Shown here piece after piece: positions 7,193 through 13,110 of a stretch of DNA of 13,110 nt. The stretch's first letter is position 1. Every line of letters begins with the position of its first letter. The position numbers and the translations under genes are program-made. The notes beneath the pieces were generated by a model. It did not search any database. It was given only the letters and a program-made list of their open reading frames with translations, and had not been told where the DNA came from. Origin of the DNA: a virus (Duplodnaviria > Heunggongvirae > Uroviricota > Caudoviricetes > Schitoviridae); IMG/VR virus record IMGVR_UViG_3300033155_001073; one strand, 5' to 3'.

Positions 7193-8720
7193 ACATAAAG
7201 CCTTAGTAGAGCACTACTTTGATCCTCTAGCCAAACTAGGTATAAAGCCCGATAGTATGCTTGGATTAAGCTTAACTTACAATGCACAGAATAAAGCTCC
7301 TATATCATTAGTAAATGATAGCTTGGTAACTATTCTAAAAGCCTGTGAGAAATTAGGTATTACAACTTTATTAGTAGCAGATGCTACTTACTTTAAAAAG
7401 TTAACCGGTGAGCGTAAAGCTGAACCACACCACGGATACATTAAACCATGTACTATTACCCAAAAGGTAGAGGTATATGATGAAATTGAAAAAAAATATA
7501 AAACAATTAAAGAACCTTATAAGATAGATATTATCTTATCGGTAAATTATCAGGTACTATTTTATAAACCTGATATGCAAGATAAGTTAATTATGAGTTT
7601 AGAAACTCTAGCTAACCACACTCAAGGGACGCATGTAGATTTAGGTATAGACATCATTCATAGTGCTGAATATCCTAGTAGTCAAGAAGATATTGCATCG
7701 ATATTGACTCGTCTACATGCCTATCCCGAACTAACATGTGATATTGAAGCTTTCTCTTTAATATTTAGTGAAGCAGGTATTGGAACTATCTCATTTGCCT
7801 GGGACCAACACAATGGTATTGCATTCCCAGTTGATTATACTGACCAAATAGGGTCAAGTATGATTGGACATCATGGAGCCCAATGGGATAATTATGAGAT
7901 TAAAACTCTTTTACGTGAATTTTTTGAAACCTATAAAGGTAAATTAACTTATCATGGAGGTACCTATGACATTAAAGTTATCATTTATGAGCTTTTCATG
8001 GAAGACCTGCTTGATAATAAAGGGTTACTGGAAGGACTTGATGTTATGTATCGGTCTATCGACGATACAAAGCTCATTACTTACTTGGCTGTTAATAGTA
8101 CTGCTGGCAATGTACTTGGCTTAAAACCAAACTCATTTGAGTATACTGGTAATTACGCCCAGGACGATATTAAGGATATCCGACGCATACCTTTAGATAA
8201 ATTATTAAAATATAATCTTATTGATAGTTTAGCCACTTGGTATGTAAAAAATAAGAACTTACCAATCATGATAGCTGATCAACAACAGCCAATCTATGAT
8301 GACATAATGATTCCAAGTATGAAACTTATTACTCATATGGAATTAACGGGCATGCCAATGGATCCAGATCACATTGAAGTAATGTGTAAAACATTAGTAG
8401 ATGTGATCATGGCTCAAAAAAGCATACTACATGGGTCCCAACTTATTAAAGATTATGAGTGGGATCGCCAACGTGAAGCTTGTGTAATAGCTAATCTACT
8501 TCTAAAAAGGAAGATACGTCCTATAGAAGACTTCTACGAAAGGTTTAACCCAGCTTCAACCAAGCAAGTACAGGAACTCCTCTATGAGGATGACCAATTC
8601 AATCTACCTGTTATTGATAAAACAGATAGTGGTGCTCCGGCTGTAGGGGCTAAAACCTTAAAGAAACATCTAAACCATTTAATTCATAAACATAACCTAA
8701 CTAAAGAGGAACTACAATAA
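7116..8720 (+). CDS. polA: Family A DNA polymerase, fragment 1 (N-terminal UDG-like region, 3'-5' exonuclease, start of thumb), about 534 aa
   Basis: ATG 7116 follows GGAA. Exo I TCDIEAFSL, Exo II YHGGTYD, Exo III KYNLIDSLATW; MELTGMPMD; FNPASTKQVQELLY; T.SG.P..G.KTLKK. The ORF stops in the thumb with no polymerase motifs A-C. Confidence 0.93.
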   Translation: MKHIIYSANEDNKYEIAVLIKESAFKHKALVEHYFDPLAKLGIKPDSMLGLSLTYNAQNKAPISLVNDSLVTILKACEKLGITTLLVADATYFKKLTGERKAEPHHGYIKPCTITQKVEVYDEIEKKYKTIKEPYKIDIILSVNYQVLFYKPDMQDKLIMSLETLANHTQGTHVDLGIDIIHSAEYPSSQEDIASILTRLHAYPELTCDIEAFSLIFSEAGIGTISFAWDQHNGIAFPVDYTDQIGSSMIGHHGAQWDNYEIKTLLREFFETYKGKLTYHGGTYDIKVIIYELFMEDLLDNKGLLEGLDVMYRSIDDTKLITYLAVNSTAGNVLGLKPNSFEYTGNYAQDDIKDIRRIPLDKLLKYNLIDSLATWYVKNKNLPIMIADQQQPIYDDIMIPSMKLITHMELTGMPMDPDHIEVMCKTLVDVIMAQKSILHGSQLIKDYEWDRQREACVIANLLLKRKIRPIEDFYERFNPASTKQVQELLYEDDQFNLPVIDKTDSGAPAVGAKTLKKHLNHLIHKHNLTKEELQ

Positions 8721-9190
8721 TGTGGGGCACGACAAAAGAACAAGTAACAGATTTAACTATTAAGTTAAACGCTATAACACTTAAGTATGAAAAAGTACTT
8801 AGTGATAATTTAACTAGAGCTGAAGAAGAAGTCGTATCTATTGCACTGAATGCTGATAAAATTACTTCTTTAGAAGAAACTAAAAAAGGTTTAGAGCAAG
8901 ACATCCTGGACCTTAAAGAAGAAAAACGCCGTGAAACTATCAATATTGAACATGCTACTAAGATTATTTTAGAAAAAAATGAAATTGAATTTGCAAAAAA
9001 AGTAGCTGCAGTTAAAGAAGAAAAAGCTACTGAAATCGCTAAAGTTAAAGATGAATATCGAGATAAAATTGAAAAACAATTAGATGCTCGTGGTTCAGAA
9101 ATGAAAGAAATGTATACTGATGTTCTTACTAAACTTACAAGTGTAACAGGTACTGTGCACACTCCTGCGGTACCTATTAAGGAGAGCTAA
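8720..9190 (+). CDS. Coiled-coil protein, 156 aa, lying inside the polymerase locus
   Basis: GAGGA RBS; TAATG overlap with pol fragment 1; long E/K-rich heptad region. Confidence 0.85.
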   Translation: MWGTTKEQVTDLTIKLNAITLKYEKVLSDNLTRAEEEVVSIALNADKITSLEETKKGLEQDILDLKEEKRRETINIEHATKIILEKNEIEFAKKVAAVKEEKATEIAKVKDEYRDKIEKQLDARGSEMKEMYTDVLTKLTSVTGTVHTPAVPIKES

Positions 9191-9191
9191 G

Positions 9192-9566
9192 ATGGCTATA
9201 TCACATATGCCACATACCCCATATGGGATGGCTGATGATCGCATGCGGGGGTATAGATCTCGTACTCCTGAACATGAAGAGTTTTTAAGGTATATTAGAA
9301 ATGAAGGACCTTCTTTTTATAGATTCTTTCAGGAAGAATTTACTACTAGAGATTTTGAAAGACTATCGCCAAATAGCTTCTCTCATGTATTTGCTCATTT
9401 AAAAGACAAATACCATAGCAAGGAGGGTTATATGTATAATGAGCCCCTGATAGATTATCATAAGACCTCTGCTAAAAAAGTACCAAAAACGTGGCTTACA
9501 GAAATGCAGGCTGAAATTAAAGAATGGCTTAAAGATGTTAACACACTTATAGCTAAACCAGTATAA
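9192..9566 (+). CDS. Hypothetical protein, 124 aa, inside the polymerase locus
   Basis: GGAG RBS 7 nt upstream; no recognisable motif. Confidence 0.8.
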   Translation: MAISHMPHTPYGMADDRMRGYRSRTPEHEEFLRYIRNEGPSFYRFFQEEFTTRDFERLSPNSFSHVFAHLKDKYHSKEGYMYNEPLIDYHKTSAKKVPKTWLTEMQAEIKEWLKDVNTLIAKPV

Positions 9567-9581
9567 CCAAGGAAAATAAAT

Positions 9582-10178
9582 ATGAGCTTAATGCTTCGTA
9601 AATCATGTCAAGAAGTGCTTGACAACTATGGGATCTCAGATCTCCATGCATCTATGGATACTTACTTAAAATTATCTATTGTTAGTGAATGTGGAAAACC
9701 ATTCGTAACTATCCAGGGTGTTGAGTTTACTCGACAAATTCCAACTAAATTAGAAATTGATTATGCTACAGAGTTACTTGATAACTTCTTAGCTACACAT
9801 ATTGAGGACATTGCTACTTACCGTAGACGTAAAGCTATCTTTGATCGTCAACCTACTAAACCAGATGATGGTGATGATGCCGAATTCTTTTTACATGGAC
9901 AAAGTCATGGTGATTATCGTAGTGATTTATATGTATCTTGGAAGACAGATTCATTTACTTACCAAGTTAATAAAAAAGACAAACTTCATTTTCATATTGT
10001 TGATGGTCTAACTAAGGAAACAGACATCACTAAAATGATTGCCGGCATGAAGAAACTCAAACATGACAAAAAACAAGTTACTGCTGCCAAGAAGTTTTTG
10101 AAAGGTTGGGTCAAGTATGACGAAGAACGTGTGTTCTTAGTTAAGTTAAAGTCTAAGCTATCATCTTGTAATATTTAA
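9582..10178 (+). CDS. Hypothetical protein, 198 aa, inside the polymerase locus
   Basis: AAGGA RBS; long ORF; no recognisable motif. Confidence 0.85.
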   Translation: MSLMLRKSCQEVLDNYGISDLHASMDTYLKLSIVSECGKPFVTIQGVEFTRQIPTKLEIDYATELLDNFLATHIEDIATYRRRKAIFDRQPTKPDDGDDAEFFLHGQSHGDYRSDLYVSWKTDSFTYQVNKKDKLHFHIVDGLTKETDITKMIAGMKKLKHDKKQVTAAKKFLKGWVKYDEERVFLVKLKSKLSSCNI

Positions 10179-10192
10179 TACCTGGAAGACGT

Positions 10193-10687
10193 ATGAGTAC
10201 CCCTAGATCAGAAATTATACAACAAGCCAAAATACTTAAAGCATTAATTGCATTAAGTGAAGCAGATATCATCTTAAATAACTTTGTTTATGCTTTCATG
10301 AACAAGACTATTGATAAGGGTGATTATGTTAAGTGGCTTCATGGTAATTTCAATTTAGGAGGTACTGTCTCCGGACGATTAAGTAGCTCTAAAGTAAATT
10401 TACAAAATCTACCCAGCTCAGGCTCTAAGTATGCAAAACTAGTAAAAACTGGTTTTGTTGCCCCTGAAGGGTGGATCCTATGTGGTGCTGATTTCTCTTC
10501 ATTAGAAGATAAAATATCTGCACTTACAACTAAAGATCCAAACAAATTAAAGGTATACATGGGCCATGATGTGTATGAATTAAACATTAATGGTACTGTA
10601 CATCAGATCCGAGATGATGCTATAATAGACTTCGATGGTAAACAATACACTGGAGAAGAATTTTATGATACCTATAGCACACTATGA
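10193..10687 (+). CDS. polA: Family A DNA polymerase, fragment 2 (rest of thumb, palm motif A) plus a 42-aa C-terminal extension
   Basis: GGAAG RBS; LHGNFNLGGTVSGRLSSSKVNLQNLPS, GFVAPEGWILCGADFSSLED (motif A), ALTTKDPNKLKVY. Non-polymerase sequence runs from 10559 to the stop. Confidence 0.93.
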   Translation: MSTPRSEIIQQAKILKALIALSEADIILNNFVYAFMNKTIDKGDYVKWLHGNFNLGGTVSGRLSSSKVNLQNLPSSGSKYAKLVKTGFVAPEGWILCGADFSSLEDKISALTTKDPNKLKVYMGHDVYELNINGTVHQIRDDAIIDFDGKQYTGEEFYDTYSTL

Positions 10688-11204
10688 AATACGTTATTTA
10701 ATTAATAATAAAGGTGAAATATTTAACCTTGCAAATAATAAATATAAGAAATTAAGTAAACAATCTACTGGGTATCTAACTGTAGCTTTAGCTGATGGAA
10801 AAGGTAAACATAAAACCTATTCTGTACATATATTAGTAGCAAAACATTTTATACCTAATCCATATAATCATCCACTAGTTAATCATAAAGATGGAGATAA
10901 AACTAATCCTGACTGGGAAAATTTAGAATGGTGTGATTATGAATACAATGCACAACATGCATTGAGAACAGGGTTACGTCCTGGTTATATGTCAGCTAGT
11001 AATAAAGAACTTTATCTACAAGAAGTCTTGTCAGGTAAACAAGTCAAAGATATTGCAGAAGAAATCAACCGTAGACCAGAAACTTTACATAAAATGTTGC
11101 GTGAAACCGCTAAACGACTTAACTTACATGATGAATGGAAGTTAGTAATGAAAGAGAATCGTAAAAATGCAGCAATTCGCAACCTTGAAAAGATCAACAA
11201 TTAG
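10665..11204 (+). CDS. HNH homing endonuclease, NUMOD4/I-HmuI-like, inserted in the polymerase gene, about 179 aa
   Basis: GGAG at 10652-10655 precedes ATG 10665. Motifs: HYE.RY.INNKGEI, GYL.V.L, YSVHILVAKHFIPNP, VNHKDGDKTN..WENLEWC....N.QHA...GL. C-terminal HTH-like VKDIAEEINRRPETL. Confidence 0.92.
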   Translation: MIPIAHYEIRYLINNKGEIFNLANNKYKKLSKQSTGYLTVALADGKGKHKTYSVHILVAKHFIPNPYNHPLVNHKDGDKTNPDWENLEWCDYEYNAQHALRTGLRPGYMSASNKELYLQEVLSGKQVKDIAEEINRRPETLHKMLRETAKRLNLHDEWKLVMKENRKNAAIRNLEKINN

Positions 11205-11985
11205 CATTCCTAAAGATGCTATAATAACAATTAAAAAGGTAGGACAAACAGATGGATATGATGGACACTGCCTCAGGGCATATTCGTATTTTCCTGATAA
11301 AATGTCAGGTATCGTGGATACTGTTTCGAGCATCAATTCCATCGAAACAAGATATCCTGAGTTACGCCAGGACTCTAAAGCACCGACATTTCTATTAACC
11401 TATCAAGGTACATACCATGGGTTAATGAATAATGTAGGCTTATCAAAAAAAGTAGCCCAGGCTATTGAAAAAGCCTACCATGAAATGTATGTTGTATCCG
11501 ATGAATGGGTAGCAGATAAACTAAAACAAGCATCAAAAGATGGGTATGTCACTGTAGCCTTTGGCTTACGGGTAAGAACTCCTATCTTGAAACAAACTAT
11601 ACTAAACAACTCTAAGACTCCTTATGAAGCCCAGGCTGAAGGGAGAACTGCAGGTAACGCATTAGGACAATCATATGGACTTCTCAACAACCGCTCTGGT
11701 ATCGATTTTCATCAGCGTCTTATGGATTCTGTTCATAAATTGGATATCAAACCTATAGCACACATCCATGATGCCCAATACTTCTTAGTAAGGAAGGATG
11801 TAGCTGTACTTAAATGGTTTAACGACAACTTAGTCGAAACTATGAAGTGGCAGAACCTTCCAGAGATACAACACCCTACAGTGAAGTTAGGTGGTAATGT
11901 AGAGGTATACTGGCCTAATTGGGCCACTAAAACTGTACTTCCAAATAACGCAAGTGAAGATGAAATAAGGAAACTATTCAAATGA
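11167..11985 (+). CDS. polA: Family A DNA polymerase, fragment 3 (fingers, motifs B and C) with a 27-aa N-terminal extension
   Basis: Polymerase sequence resumes at TDGYDGHCLRAYSYF (11248). Motif B RQDSKAPTFLLTYQG, GYVTVAFGLRVRTP, AEGRTAGNALGQSYG, motif C HIHDAQYF. Confidence 0.94.
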   Translation: MQQFATLKRSTISIPKDAIITIKKVGQTDGYDGHCLRAYSYFPDKMSGIVDTVSSINSIETRYPELRQDSKAPTFLLTYQGTYHGLMNNVGLSKKVAQAIEKAYHEMYVVSDEWVADKLKQASKDGYVTVAFGLRVRTPILKQTILNNSKTPYEAQAEGRTAGNALGQSYGLLNNRSGIDFHQRLMDSVHKLDIKPIAHIHDAQYFLVRKDVAVLKWFNDNLVETMKWQNLPEIQHPTVKLGGNVEVYWPNWATKTVLPNNASEDEIRKLFK

Positions 11986-12128
11986 CAGAAAAACAAAAAG
12001 ATGAATTAGAATTTTTACAGTGAGTATATACTACTATGGATTTTGGCCCAGCACATGAAGATGTAGTGGATGGCCTGAAAGATTACTATATATCAGATAC
12101 TGGTAAGTCTATACCAGAAGGGTACTAA
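11982..12128 (+). pseudogene. Small phage gene (48 codons) interrupted by an in-frame TGA at codon 14
   Basis: MTEKQKDELEFLQ*VYTTMDFGPAHEDVVDGLKDYYISDTGKSIPEGY. ATGA overlap with the pol stop; TGA at 12021-12023; protein-like sequence continues to TAA 12126-12128. Confidence 0.65.
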
Positions 12129-12129
12129 T

Positions 12130-12249
12130 ATGACTAAAATGAAATATTTAATGCCAGATATAGATAAGCATACCGCAGGTATCATCTATATCTCTATGAT
12201 AGGCACATTGCTTATTGTGTTAACCCTACTACATAACATGCCTAAATAA
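12130..12249 (+). CDS. Small single-TM protein, 39 aa (not in the ORF track)
   Basis: Translated by hand: MTKMKYLMPDIDKHTAGIIYISMIGTLLIVLTLLHNMPK. It fills the gap between neighbours and follows AAGGG. Confidence 0.55.
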   Translation: MTKMKYLMPDIDKHTAGIIYISMIGTLLIVLTLLHNMPK

Positions 12250-12259
12250 AGAAGAACAA

Positions 12260-12496
12260 ATGTCAGATAAAGATAATAAAACAGTCACATTACCTAAAAT
12301 TGAAGAGGTAATGGATCCAATTGAAATACTAGTACGTGATTGGGTAACTAATCATGTCAAGAGTGAACTTGGAGAGGAGTATGGGGGATTGAATTTATCA
12401 TTTAAAGACTTAGGAACATTAATTTTAAGTTGTTTCGATGAAGTTCAAGAAGTCATGTTAGAATCAATCATGCCGGAAGGTACAACAATACACTAG
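12260..12496 (+). CDS. Hypothetical acidic protein, 78 aa
   Basis: ORF on the coding strand, purine-rich upstream region. Confidence 0.7.
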   Translation: MSDKDNKTVTLPKIEEVMDPIEILVRDWVTNHVKSELGEEYGGLNLSFKDLGTLILSCFDEVQEVMLESIMPEGTTIH

Positions 12497-12520
12497 GCTT
12501 AATAACCTATAATAATGTAG

Positions 12521-12541
12521 GTGTCCTCCGGACACTCTTTT
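12521..12541 (+). terminator. Hairpin plus T-tract, probable terminator
   Basis: GTGTCC(12521-12526)-TCC-GGACAC(12530-12535) followed by TCTTTT, in the 65-nt intergenic gap. Confidence 0.6.
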
Positions 12542-12561
12542 ACGTTTAAGGAAAAGAATAA

Positions 12562-12891
12562 ATGAGTTTTACTGAAAAATATATAAAAGAAAATCAAGCA
12601 ATCGCTGCACAACAAGCAGAAGTATTAGGTGCGTTTGCTAAGGGTATTGCTACCCAAGTACGTGCTAAGGGATGTAATGAAGAATGGCGGGTATTAGAAC
12701 ACACCGATGTAAACTTGTATAAATATGAAATACGTATTAAGCCTGTACCTAAAGAAATATGGGTTAATATCTATACTAATAAGACGCCTGTTGTACACTA
12801 TAGTGAAGACGCCGCCTATCAAGGACATCGCCGAGGGTACGATAAGGCACTTATAAGAACAGAACATTATTTACAGGTGTCTGATGACTAA
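12562..12891 (+). CDS. Hypothetical phage protein, 109 aa
   Basis: AAGGA RBS. The A..KG..Q.R....W........YEIRIKP.P.EIWVN.Y pattern is common in small phage proteins. Confidence 0.8.
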   Translation: MSFTEKYIKENQAIAAQQAEVLGAFAKGIATQVRAKGCNEEWRVLEHTDVNLYKYEIRIKPVPKEIWVNIYTNKTPVVHYSEDAAYQGHRRGYDKALIRTEHYLQVSDD

Positions 12892-13110
12892 AATATTAAC
12901 AAACAACGCTAATGTACCATTATCTATGGCCTTATGGCTTGCAGATGATGATTACGATTATGATGATGATCCATATACAATTAGTGCTACAACTTTACTT
13001 AAGCCAATGAAAGCAATTGTATTGGCTCGTCAGAATTCTGACTTAGATAAAATTGGAGATATCCAATCTGTAGCTGCATCCCGAATTGGAACTGCAATGC
13101 ATGATGCGAT
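12884..13110 (+). CDS. N4 gp42-like protein (putative PD-(D/E)XK nuclease), 3' end outside the window
   Basis: Translated by hand: MTKILTNNANVPLSMALWLADDDYDYDDDPYTISATTLLKPMKAIVLARQ...SRIGTAMHDA. The TN...PL..A.WLA.D.YD...ISAT.LLKP...L and S..GTA.HD patterns match this family from memory. AGGTG RBS. Confidence 0.8.
   Translation, partial: MTKILTNNANVPLSMALWLADDDYDYDDDPYTISATTLLKPMKAIVLARQNSDLDKIGDIQSVAASRIGTAMHDA

Noticed and set aside
10559-11247. Group I intron interrupting polA (SPO1-like)
   Set aside because: Only 106 nt and 43 nt flank the HNH ORF, and both are used as protein-coding extensions. No P7 (R/S) core-like sequences were seen. The U|...G| junction pairs I tried did not restore the frame. 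An Infernal search would settle it.
10559-11247. Canonical split intein
   Set aside because: The N-part starts with Met rather than Cys/Ser and is only 42 aa. There is no TxxH block B and no His-Asn end. It is kept only as a possible relic.
247-11996. Minus-strand ORFs in the track (247-510, 635-829, 2314-2544, 5447-5710, 8701-9162, 10339-10587, 11012-11200, 11142-11342, 11733-11996) and + strand alternative-frame ORFs 351-542 and 9802-10011
   Set aside because: All lie almost entirely within well-supported + strand genes and have no motifs; they are consistent with shadow ORFs.
12021-12023. Genome-wide UGA=Trp code (table 4)
   Set aside because: TGA terminates the VWA gene and pol fragment 3 in ATGA overlaps with the next genes, and also ends fragment 2. 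Trp in the conserved proteins is encoded by TGG.
12130-12894. ATGACTAAAAT repeated at the starts of two ORFs (12130 and 12884)
   Set aside because: An 11-nt AT-rich match at MTK starts; expected from composition and N-terminal codon bias.
12941-12970. GAT-rich tandem repeat
   Set aside because: It simply encodes the acidic DDDYDYDDD stretch of the gp42-like protein.
1-13110. CRISPR array, rRNA, IS element or integrase
   Set aside because: No periodic repeat-spacer structure, rRNA-like sequence, transposase or recombinase motif was seen.

Overview
Segment of a low-GC, AT-rich dsDNA bacteriophage genome, most likely an N4-like phage (Schitoviridae), covering the middle/DNA-replication region. 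All credible genes are on the + strand, tightly packed, many joined by TAATG/ATGA overlaps. Recognisable genes, left to right: a 5'-truncated RtcB RNA ligase; an N4 gp22-like protein; a free-standing HNH-AP2 endonuclease; the MoxR-like AAA+ ATPase / HExxH-VWA pair (N4 gp24/gp25-like); an N4 gp38-like protein; a family A DNA polymerase; and the start of an N4 gp42-like PD-(D/E)XK nuclease at the right edge. The main anomaly is that the polymerase is encoded in three separate ORFs (7116-8720, 10193-10687, 11167-11985). The first break, in the thumb, is filled by three unrelated genes. The second break lies between motifs A and B and is filled by an I-HmuI-like HNH endonuclease. No group I intron core or canonical intein is visible there. 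Instead, fragments 2 and 3 carry short extra terminal peptides (42 aa and 27 aa) that overlap the endonuclease ORF and may act as a re-association module. Other notable items: a small gene with an in-frame TGA, two CCTCCG-core hairpins, a 64-nt inverted-repeat element, and a ClpX-type zinc-finger microprotein. Family assignments come from motifs recognised by eye; no database search was run.
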